A stretch of 30,847 bases of DNA from Pocillopora damicornis (lineage: Eukaryota): the NCBI RefSeq assembly GCF_003704095.1, contig NW_020843698.1, positions 114,018 to 144,864 of the forward strand, given 5' to 3'. Each line of letters begins with the position of its first letter. Within the stretch, counting starts at the first letter, position 1. The notes beneath the pieces were generated by a model. The model did no database searches. It was not told the origin of the DNA and was given only the letters and a program-made list of their open reading frames with translations. Position numbers and translations under genes: made by a program. Shown here in pieces: positions 20,912-30,847 of the stretch.

Positions 20912-21659
20912 GTACTGGTACCTACTTGTCAATCTACAAAACAACCCTTTTTAAGGAGTATGATATGAATTGGATAATTTTATTTGTTTTATCAACTGAG
21001 TTGATAACTTAAACTGACCATTATAAAGAGTTTAAAAGCTGATGTTTCAAGCATTATAGCCCTTCGCTTTTCACTCTTTATGGTGGCCAATTTACATTAT
21101 CAACTCAGTGGATAATACTAAATTACCCTGATACACTTTCTCACTGACACAGCACCACAGTTTCTTGAGAAACCTACCCCCTTTATGATATGAATTGCAC
21201 CTTTGAACACAAGGTGACTACAAAGAGCAAAATAAAATACACAGAAAAACTTATTTTACAAGTTCACAAGTTATAAGGTCACTTAAGACATACAGGACAA
21301 GTGCAAACTCATTCTTCAATCTCTTCAGTATATTCCTTCAAGGATAGATATGTCCTTAATGATGCTAAAGAAAGCTGATGACGCGAAGACAATTTCACTC
21401 CAATGTGGATTGAATGTAAAAGGAAAATCAAAACTTTTTCTGATGAACAAAATAATTCAAAATCTTGGTTCTGAACAAGCTTACCAAGTTAAAATGGGAA
21501 TGGCATGGAGCTGGTGATTAAATTAAATAAAGTGCAGGACACCTGCAAGGATCATCTTATCATGTTCATAATGTATATATCGCCCGCACATTAAAATATT
21601 ATTTATTTCATTATATTGAGATTACTAAAAGATAACTTGAATTTGTTCCTGTCTTTCAG

Positions 21660-21791
21660 GGAGAGAAGTCATTCTTCCTGTTGCCTGGTGAAAAGCTTGA
21701 GCAAGGTATCCAAGATGTGTTTATTCTTGGTGAGGATGAGGGGCTGATTCTGAAAGCAAATGAGGCCTTTCTTGATGTTAATGAAAAGGAG
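21660..21791 (+). CDS. MVP: MVP exon 8 ([44 protein letters not shown]).
   Basis: Acceptor tgtctttcag. Matches human [37 protein letters not shown]. Donor GTAAAT at 21792. Confidence 0.9.
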
Positions 21792-21839
21792 GTAAATAAA
21801 CAAATACAACAGAACTTTTTTTCAGGATAAATGGTAACT

Positions 21840-22062
21840 TTAACAGTTAACCCTTTAACTCCCATGAGTGACCAAGACAGAATTTCTCCTTACAATATCA
21901 ATACAATGTCAACCAGACAAGCGATGAGAATACAGAAAAATATTAATTTGGGGATGATCAGTTGATCCAATACTAACTTCTCTGAACTAACATTTTAAGA
22001 ATTGTATGGTTGACATTTAGGAAAATTACAAATTTGGTCTGGGAGTTAAAGGGTTAAGAAAA
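21840..22062. repeat. MITE with terminal inverted repeats (gttaaccctttaactccc ... gggagttaaagggttaag), family A. Related copies or fragments at 2560-2800, 9155-9325, 11523-11585, 23700-23920, 26750-26940.
   Basis: Shared head motif (a)accc(t)ttaa(c)tcc...gagtgac.aa...atttctcc.tacaat.tca.ccc and tail ...gagaacagtatggaga... across copies. The TIR at this copy was read directly. Confidence 0.55.
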
Positions 22063-22820
22063 GAGATGCTCTAAGTCCTAGTTTGAGAAGTCTGAGTTTA
22101 GACATATTGAGGTCATAATGTGTTGTGTTCTTGGGCAAAACACTTTACTTTCACAGTGCCTCGCTCTCTACCCAGGAGTATAAATGGGTACCAGCGATTT
22201 GTAATGGAAAAAGGGTAACCTGGATTGGGTACTTGGCTGGAATGCAGACTTTACCTCTTATTGTTTTTTTTACAGTTGAAAATAGTGACATAACATAGAT
22301 GTTTTCATTTGGGACATATATACACAAGCTTGATTACTCCATCACAAGGAAGATGTAGGTTCAAAATATTTCAAGAGATAAATCTCATCATGGGGGTCCA
22401 TCCACTTCCTTGCCCTCTTGTGGCATGGTGGGTCTTTGATAAAATGGAATTACTTTATTTCCTCGGATAAGTGTCTGGCTAAAGGAGGGGTGCTTATTGG
22501 AAGGAGGGCAGTTAATCATGGAGCACTTTTTAAGAATTAAACTATTAACCTACACTGATTCTGCTGTGGTTGAAGCTTAAAAAAAGTTTCAAATTAAGTG
22601 ACAATAGAAACAGTTTTTCCTTGTATCCCCTCTAATAGACAAAGTGAGAGAAGGAGAAAAGGGGGCGTATCTGTTCAAGAGGGCATTTATTTGATATTAT
22701 GGCTTAGGGGATAAGTGCTTTCCAAGAGAGGGCACTTTTAAGAGTATTTGTGCTTATTCAAGGAAATTCAGGAAATGTACATTCATCTCAGTAAGCTTTT
22801 AATAAGTATTTTTTTTGTAG

Positions 22821-23127
22821 AAAGAGATACCAAGACGGCCTGGTGATCGCTGGATGATCCGTGGACCCAGTGAATATGTTCCACCAGTAGAGGTAGAAGT
22901 TGTTGCACGACGGAAAGCTATTCCTCTGGATGAAAATGAAGGAATCTATGTGAGAGATATCAAGACTGGACGGGTGAGAGCTGTGTGTGGTCAAACCTAC
23001 ATGTTGACCCATGATGAAGAACTCTGGGAGAAAGATCTGCCTCCAACAGTTGAGCAACTTCTTACTGGGGGGAAGGATCCACTGGCTGACCGTGGCACAA
23101 GGAATATGTTTTTACCACCTGAATTGA
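22821..23127 (+). CDS. MVP: MVP exon 9 ([102 protein letters not shown]-).
   Basis: Acceptor tttttttgtag. Matches human [83 protein letters not shown]. Donor GTAAGG at 23128 (phase 1). The exact 3' end is less certain than the 5' part. Confidence 0.8.
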
Positions 23128-24006
23128 GTAAGGCCTTTTTAAGGGTGACTGGGGCCTCGCACATTTTATCTGTATTTTTATCAGTATCCATATACTCTAT
23201 ACTTTTCTCTATACATTTTCTTTGGTACTATAATTGTTTCAAATCTATGATCATAATAATTCCTAATTACTAAACTAATATTATAGTATATGTGCAATCA
23301 GCATGGCAGATTTGACAATTTTGAGTAATTTAAGTCAAATTCATCAAAAGGGAAATCAGCTTGGTGGATTTGATGATTTTGATGAATTTTTTGCTATTTT
23401 TTGTTACTGCATGCATTTCTGGACATACTTCAGAAAGGGTAGGGTAAATCTTGTTCTAAAATCTCTCTAGGTTATCAGTCTCTTTCCACCCACTGGGATG
23501 AAAGTTCCAAGATGGAACTAAATCAAACTTCATCAAGAAGGCCTGGACAAAGAGGTGAACAAACAGCAATGCTTTCAGCTCAGTCATTACTAAAAGCCCT
23601 TGATAGAAAGTTGATTTTATGATAGTTGGAAAAGTATTCATGTTTAAGTTATGCACTCTTTTAAAAATCTAACATTCCTGCCATTTTAGCGATGCTTGAA
23701 ATCAATACTAACCATTAACATTATTCAACATTAACCCTCTGAACCCTAAGAGTGACTAACATCTAATTTCTCCTTACAATATCACCCCTGAATCACACAT
23801 TAGGGTCACGAGAATAAAGAAAATGATAACCAGTCTTGAAAAGAGGCCCCTGATTGTTAAACAAATTCTCCTTGTCAGCACCTTTGTTAATGTATAGAGA
23901 ACAGTATGGAGAATAGGGTTTTAAAATTAAGTCATAATTTACTTCAATTTTTTTTGTCTTAAAATTTAACAACTATATAACAATTTTAATCATTTTTGAC
24001 TTGCAG

Positions 24007-24118
24007 CACAAAGAGAGCCAAAAAGCAGCACTGGTAGGAATAAAACCAGAGTTGTGACTTTTAGAGTCCCTCATAATGCAGCAGTACAGATTTATGATTA
24101 TAAAGAGAAGACTGCCAG
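24007..24118 (+). CDS. MVP: MVP exon 10 ([37 protein letters not shown]-).
   Basis: Acceptor tttgacttgcag. Matches human [28 protein letters not shown]. Donor GTAATA at 24119. Confidence 0.85.
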
Positions 24119-24873
24119 GTAATATGCAAGGGTGAACATCATACATTTAGTTTATCTAGGAACTTCATTAGACTAATTAACTTGAGTTTCATGTAATTAT
24201 GTTGGAAATCTGTGGCAGAATTGTGTTTGAATTCCTGTTATTAGCAAACCAGAACTCACAGGTGCTCTTAAATTTTTTTGCTTTCAGGAGTTAATATAAT
24301 GTAATTTCGAATTCTCCTCCCAGTATCAATATATTTTTAAGCACATGCAGGAAGGTGATGAAAATAAAGAAAAATATAATCTAGGAAACTATCTTTCTTG
24401 TTAACAAAACAATTTCCAAACTTAGAAATTTCCAGAGATCTAACTTATGGCAGATAATAGAAGGTGGAGGACTTACCAATATTTAGATCTTGAGGGTGTT
24501 GAAAGGGTTTATTCTTTCATTCCCATAACTCTCTTTATTGTCTGCTAGACAATTCTTATGTTGTGAGTTTGGATGATTTGGTATTGGATCAACTGATAAT
24601 CCCCTAATTGATGTTTTCCTTTATTCTCATGTATTGTCTGCATGATATTGTATCGAAATTGTGAGGAGAAATTCTGCTTTGGTCACTTAAAGGAATTAAA
24701 GGGTTAGGCTATAGGATGCAGCTTAACCTTACTTTAATTATACAGGTGTATGGTAATGTATGGCAGGAAACTCTCCCACCCCTCCCCATGGAAAATTCTT
24801 CTAACTCTGTGACACATTACAGACCTAGTTGAGTAGCATTTTAAGTCATGATAGTTTTGGTACCTCTTCACAG

Positions 24874-25071
24874 GGTTGTGTTTGGTCCTGAGTTGGTTAT
24901 GTTGTGCCCAGATGAACAATTTACTCAGCTCAGTCTGTCAGGTGGAAAACCAAAGAAACCCAATGTTATTAAGGCATTGTGTCTTCTCCTTGGCCCAGAC
25001 TTCTGTACTGATATCATCACTGTGGAGACTGCTGACCATGCAAGACTGCAGCTACAGCTTTCTTACAACTG
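24874..25071 (+). CDS. MVP: MVP exon 11 ([67 protein letters not shown]).
   Basis: Acceptor cctcttcacag. Matches human [66 protein letters not shown]. Donor GTAATT at 25072 (phase 2). Confidence 0.9.
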
Positions 25072-25443
25072 GTAATTGGAATTTTACTTTTCTTATGATA
25101 AATTGTTGACGGTCATTAGTTTAACTTTGTGATAGGTCGTAGATCTTTATAGGTTATTATAGTCTTTTAAAAGTTATAGCAGCACAATTTCACTAAAATT
25201 TCCAATGTCATTCAACCTTGTTTTGATTTTTTATTCTGAGGGAGAGTCATGTTGGTCATAGTTGTATAGAATGCACTAGACAATGAATCAAAAGGTCCAG
25301 AATTGAGCCCCTGTTATTACACTTGTTGGTGATTCTTCATGACTAATAAATCAACTAAGTACTGACTATTTTATTGACTGACAGATCAGTCAGTTCTGAA
25401 AAAGAAAATCATGCAATGGCCGTACATTAACCTTACTTAACAG

Positions 25444-25585
25444 GCATTTTGATGCTGGAGAGAGGAAGCCAAAAGATGCAGCCAAGTTGTTTTCAGTTCC
25501 TGACTTTGTTGGAGATGCATGCAAAGCAATTGCTTCAAGAATCCGTGGTGCAGTAGCGGGTGTCCAGTTTGATGACTTTCACAAG
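25444..25585 (+). CDS. MVP: MVP exon 12 ([48 protein letters not shown]).
   Basis: Acceptor ttacttaacag. Matches human [48 protein letters not shown]. Donor GTGCAG at 25586. Confidence 0.9.
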
Positions 25586-25913
25586 GTGCAGATCATAAGC
25601 AATTTAAGCTTTAGTTGGCACCAGCTAAACTGCATTGATTATACACTTTTGAGGTGACAGTCACCAAAGTTTTTGGAAGTGTAAAAAAGATCTGATGTTT
25701 ACTTTAAGCAAGATCAAGACTTATTTGTTACTATTAAGGGTAACAGACTGAGTTGAATTTTTTTTTTTCTTAATTTTACTTTTAAAAAAATTTGGAAAAG
25801 GAACTTGCTTTTAAATCAGCTCCTTCCCCCCTCAAAAAAGGTGACAAAATTAAAGCTTAGGTTCTTGAGGGGATAACTAAAATATTTGCTAAAATAAATC
25901 AATTTCCCTGCAG

Positions 25914-26125
25914 AACTCAGCAAAGATCATTCGCACTTCAGTATTTGGCATAGATGACAACCACAAAATCCGAAATAAGTTTACTTTCCCAGCCAATAAT
26001 CTAAACATCACTAGTATTGACATCCAATCAGTGGAGCCAGTTGATCAACGCACACGAGATGCTTTGCAGAAGTCTGTTCAGTTGGCCATTGAGATAACAA
26101 CCAACTCTCAGGAAGCCACAGCAAG
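25914..26125 (+). CDS. MVP: MVP exon 13 ([70 protein letters not shown]-).
   Basis: Acceptor tttccctgcag. Matches human NSARIIRTAVFGF...[37 protein letters not shown]. Donor GTATGG at 26126. Confidence 0.9.
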
Positions 26126-26995
26126 GTATGGGTCATTAGCTTGAAGCTTTGAACGGAACTAAAGCCGTTAAATTCTAGCCTTAGGAAAAAATTTATCTTT
26201 CAAACAGCACTCTTAATCCCCTTGGTATGAACGAGCACTTTTCATTCAACTGATTTATTCCTGTTTTCCTGTCACCTATTTACACCAATACCATAACTTC
26301 ATTTTCTGCATGTAAACATACACAACCCTGTGGCTCTGACAAAAGGGCTAACACTGGCAATGTCAGCCTTAAAACTCTTTACAGTGGCCAATTTATGTTA
26401 TCAACTCAGTTGATAAAACTTTATTGCCCTGCTATACTCTCTTACCAGTTCAGCACCACAGTTTCTTTAGAAATTTACCCCCTTTATTCATTTGAGCAGA
26501 ACTGTTGTGTTGTGCAGACTGCAGAACTATTTAAGGGAAATATGCCTTAGTTTTAGCATATCATTTATCATTTTCAGTCCCTTTTAAATGAAATCTCTTC
26601 TTTACATTATTTTACATTATTGTTCCTTCAGTTCTTCCCTTTGTCATATTTTGCAGTGACTTTCTTTCACATTGAGGATAGATTTCTATAACTCACACAA
26701 AGAAAATAATCAAAATACTTAGAAGTGGGGTAATCTTAGTAATGGCAAATTTAGCATTTGGACCCCTAAGAGTGTTTAGCATCTTATTTCTCCTCACATT
26801 GTCATCCTTGAATCAAACAGTTAAGTCACGAGAAATAAGGAAATGATCACCAATGAAAGAAGCACTTATCAGTGCCTTAAGAAATGTACAGAGAACAGTA
26901 TGGAGAAGAAGCATATGGAGAAGGGTGTAAAGAGTTATAAACATGAACCTGTTGCGAGACAGCAATGATCTGATGGATTATTGTGTTTGTTTTAG

Positions 26996-27239
26996 GCATG
27001 AAGCAGAGAGACTTGAACAAGAAGCCAAAGGTCGCCTGGAGAGACAGAAGATCACAGATGAGGCTGAAGCAGAACGTGCTAGGAAGGACCTGTTAGAACT
27101 CCAAGCCCAAAGTGCTGCAGTGGAGTCAACAGGGCAAGCCAAAGCTGAAGCTCAGTCACGAGCAGAGGCAGCTCGCATTGAAGGGGAGGCTGCAGTTCAG
27201 CAGGCAAAGTTGAAGGCAGAGGCAGCAAAGATTGAGGCT
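26996..27239 (+). CDS. MVP: MVP exon 14 ([82 protein letters not shown]); start of the cap-helix coiled coil.
   Basis: Acceptor tgtttgttttag. Matches human [80 protein letters not shown]. Donor GTAAGC at 27240. Confidence 0.9.
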
Positions 27240-27424
27240 GTAAGCATTTTCCTATCCTGGTACTTTCTCATGCCATAGTAATTGTTTTCCTTGGAGAAAA
27301 GAAATCTTCCTTGGAAAAAGCCTGTGAGCAGGCTGTTGTTATCAGAACTGCAATGATCTTGCTAAATGTATGTACCATTATTATGTATGTTCATGTTTTG
27401 TCTTATTACAACAACCTCTTTAAG

Positions 27425-27613
27425 GAATCAGAACTACAGCGTCTGAGTAAAACTCGAGAGGCCGAGTTGAAGTACCAGCATGAACAGAATACTTTAGATG
27501 TCACCAAGGCCAAAGAAATGTCCAGCATCGAAACTGACAAATTCAAAAACATGGTTTCATCCATTGGTTCTGATACAATTCAGGCAATAGCTACAGCTGG
27601 ACCAGAGATGCAG
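27425..27613 (+). CDS. MVP: MVP exon 15 (ESELQRLSKTREAELKYQHEQNTLDVTKAKEMSSIETDKFKNMVSSIGSDTIQAIATAGPEMQ).
   Basis: Acceptor acctctttaag. Matches human [63 protein letters not shown]. Donor GTATGT at 27614. Confidence 0.9.
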
Positions 27614-28090
27614 GTATGTGCTGCAGTAACTTGTTGCTTTCCAGATTTGTTTTCAACTAAGTATTAAAAGTAATCCAGGGTTGTGATAAGCAGAATCTCC
27701 CAGAAAAGGGTTGCATTGGGTTGTCTTCTTTTTGATGAGTGATTGTTCTTGGAAATTTACATCATCCTCTCAACTGATTAGATGGAAAATGAAAACCTGA
27801 TTGACATCATTTCCTGAAACTTCTAGTTCTTTTTCTCTCCTCATCAGCTTCTGGTGATTTTTATTATTTTGTCCTGTTTTTCTGACACCATTGCTTTTGT
27901 TTTGATTTTTACAAGACTCAGTGGAAATGTGCTTTGTTTTTGCCAAAATCTACAAGTGATAAACCTCGTTCTTATTTCTGTATGTTGTTGGGAGTGGGGA
28001 AAAAGGGGTTTGAAAATTATTTGATGAAGGAACTTGAGTTTAATGGAAGGGAAATGGGTCAGTGGCTGATTTCTGGTCGTTACATTGTAG

Positions 28091-28222
28091 GTGAAACTTC
28101 TACAGTCATTAGGACTGAAGTCTACTCTGATAACAGATGGTAGCTCGCCTATCAATTTGTTCAGCACAGCACAAGGCTTGATTGGTGCCCTTCAACAGCC
28201 TGGCTCCTCCGAGGACTTCTGA
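28091..28222 (+). CDS. MVP: MVP terminal exon ([43 protein letters not shown], stop TGA 28220-28222).
   Basis: Acceptor tacattgtag. Matches human [34 protein letters not shown]. It is shorter than the vertebrate C-terminal tail. Confidence 0.85.
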   Translation: MKLLQSLGLKSTLITDGSSPINLFSTAQGLIGALQQPGSSEDF

Positions 28223-30847
28223 TGCATCATGATTGACCGACATGTAGCGACCTCATCGTTTGCATAATTGAATGCTGCAAGTGCAATTAATTTAAACATC
28301 TTTAATCACATACTTTGATATTAGTATTATGATTAAGAATTATTATCATAGTTTTGGAACAATTAATATAACTGTAGTTTGCTTACTATTAATAGCAAAA
28401 AACAATTGCACCAGCAATTTAAAAAGTAATTTTTCCATTGTTATAATTATGCCTATTTGCATCATTGAAATGATTTACACTTGATTTAAACTGGAAGAGT
28501 CACTTAAACTAAAATTAAGGGAAAAGAAATGCAGGAGATGGACGTGCATTAACTATGACAAACTTGAAAAAATTCAGCCCTAATTTGACATGTTTCTTGC
28601 CTTGTATTTAGTTCCCTAACAGAGTCAAAATTAGTCTTTGTTTTACACCCTGGAACTATGAATTCAGTAGCTAACTCTGAAACTCTAAACATGCCACAAA
28701 TAATTTTCTGGGTATTCAAATTCAAGTGAAAAAAAAAAGAGAGAGGAAGAAGTTATGTGCCTTAACCGCACAATAAGAGATCCTCTCTAATGTTGACTTT
28801 CCACAGACCTTTTCACTATTGTTTTCTTGTGGGTTCCTCAGTGCATCGAATTCTCAATATCCTGATGCATCTGGTAATTCTGAGATAAAAGGTGCTGTAA
28901 ATCTTTAGAGAAGCACCATTTAACAAAAGCGAATGTAATGTTGTTAAGAATCTACTGAAAAGATTTCCATTTCATGCACTTCGTTTTCTCTGGATGTAAT
29001 AACATTCCTTAGTGAATTAAGATATATTACGACTGATTTCCTACAATAATTAATAAATTTGTCACTAGCCCTTGGTAGAATGATTTATCTGTTTAGCATT
29101 TCCAACTTTGAGTGTTGCGTAAAGTTATGTTTGCTTCCTTCAAGTTGGCAAAAATGTCAGCATCATTACCCCCTTCATGATCTGACACCAGAAGATAAGT
29201 GGAGGGGAAGGGAACTATTCCTGTTACAGTCTGAAAAACTCTGGAGGCTGATGAGTTCATAAGGCTGTTTTTTTACAATGTGCATTGCATTTCAAATGCA
29301 ACGCTTACTTGGGGTGTCCCTCAATAGCAATATCTCTCTTATATGCTTCACCAAGTCAAGGGATGGTGCCTAATCAAGTGAACAATCATCAGATGGTGTA
29401 TTTTTCCAAAACTTTTGTTATGGCTGAGAAACAGAACAACTCCAATGTCACCCAACTCTTTTTAAAATTAATTAATTACTCAGTTTAAGGCTACTACTAT
29501 TTGACAGTAATAGTGACCTACGAAGAAACCTTCACACAACTGTGTTCCTATTTTACATACAAAATCTATTCGTAACAGAGGTCATAATATCAGTGAAAGT
29601 GTTCTAACAAGAGAGTGTAAATACGGAGGAAGTTTTTCTTCTCCTGAGGAAAACCCATTAGTCCCTGTGATAATTAAGAGTTGAAAGGTGTGTTGGAAGA
29701 ATTCTGAAGCTCTTTCTATAGCTGGATGATCTTTGATGATCTAATGATCTTTTACCATCTCACAACAAAAGATGTTGTTCACCTCTACGTGCACTAAGCA
29801 TAGTGCTGAGTGGCCTTACGTTTGGCCACCGAGCCAGCACATTCTTTCTCTTGACTCCTTTCCCAAACAGCAGCTAGTTATTGTGCTGCTTTCTGGAGTA
29901 ATGTAGAGTTCGTTATCTTTTGACAGTGGATGTAGATTACGTTTGTCTTATCTACTCCTCATCAAAGTATGACTTAACAAAACATGCTCAGACAACCAAA
30001 AGTGATGCCAGGGAACAATACTTGAAAGATAAGCATAATTATAAAGTATATAGTTCTCTCTTTATATGCCTTTTAGATCAAATAAAGATGCTTATGGGTA
30101 TAAAATACTATGCCAAGCAGATTTGTAAGCAACAAACTAAGTTTACATATGGGGATGGTAAAGTCTTAGATTTTCTCAAACTTGCCCCAATATCATTTCA
30201 AAAATAGTTGCAGTCTTTATTTTGCCAGTTTTTTCCATAAGGACATAAGCGCAGCAATTTCTACGTAGATGATATTCTATCCTAAAGATTGGATAGTCGG
30301 TGATAGTTCCTGTTCGGCTATTATGCCAACAAAATATATATAAATCTTAATTCCCAACTTTATTTTGTAAGAACAAACAGAATGCTACAATGTACAAAAA
30401 CACGTCTGGTTTAGCCGGTCTTCATGTACGCGCATGGTATAATGGCTCGTAGCACATGATGGCTAAGACAATGAAAACTCCTGAATTGCATCATTCAGTG
30501 GTCCAGTTTTCGCTAAAAGTGGTTATTTACTGAGCTGCTGAGGTCAATAGCAACCAACACTGAAGTGAGTAGTTGTTTTATTATGTACTAAAACAGTGCG
30601 ATAATATGCCACAAAAAGATGTTTTTAACTCATTTATGAATGCAATGATTACAAACTTTTCAGTCAAAAATCCTACATGAGTTGCATGGAGGTGAATAGC
30701 AAAGGATATTTTGAGTTTAAGTAGCCAATCACAGCGTACCTTCAAAGCACTCTACTGTTTAAGGGATAGATTAATAAATGATTATTCACCAATGTGAAAG
30801 AGAATAGTGGTGGATATTTACCGAGCTGCATAGCATATTTACTCACA

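Noticed and set aside
22854-23273. The track ORF extends MVP exon 9 by ~50 codons (…[17 protein letters not shown]…).
   Set aside because: Homology to MVP stops at …PPEL, where a GTAAGG donor occurs. The rest is intron read-through.
27844-28167. 107-aa minus-strand ORF.
   Set aside because: It is antisense to the well-supported MVP terminal exon and adjacent intron, with no homology.

Overview
This window is intron-rich eukaryotic nuclear DNA with GT-AG introns, AT-rich intergenic/intronic sequence and many short interspersed (MITE/SINE-like) repeats. It is most consistent with an invertebrate metazoan; a cnidarian-type genome is a guess. It is not prokaryotic, so the ORF-track hits are mostly exon fragments or spurious. 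I can support four genes. (1) The 5' coding exon of a minus-strand gene for a lysine-rich coiled-coil protein (MPPKKKKSGKKK...), whose remaining exons lie off-window. (2) A complete 8-exon homologue of ASPDH (aspartate dehydrogenase domain-containing protein) on the + strand at 1340-5705, head-to-head with gene 1 across a ~190-bp promoter. (3) A VPS4-type meiotic-clade AAA ATPase on the + strand, with 9 confident exons at 10163-14605 plus 3 candidate upstream exons. Walker A/B motifs, a Vps4-specific beta-domain exon and the Vps4 C-terminal helix are all readable. (4) A complete 16-exon major vault protein (MVP) gene on the + strand at 16252-28222, aligning to vertebrate MVP across its whole length, with a TATA/GC-box promoter and a probable non-coding first exon near 15.3-15.5 kb. 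Introns carry at least five interspersed repeat families, a 46-bp minisatellite, a near-perfect ~57-bp-arm foldback inside an MVP intron, and a dense cluster of palindromic GATA-type motifs upstream of the AAA ATPase gene. I found no rRNA, tRNA or CRISPR. The last 2.6 kb has no recognisable gene.
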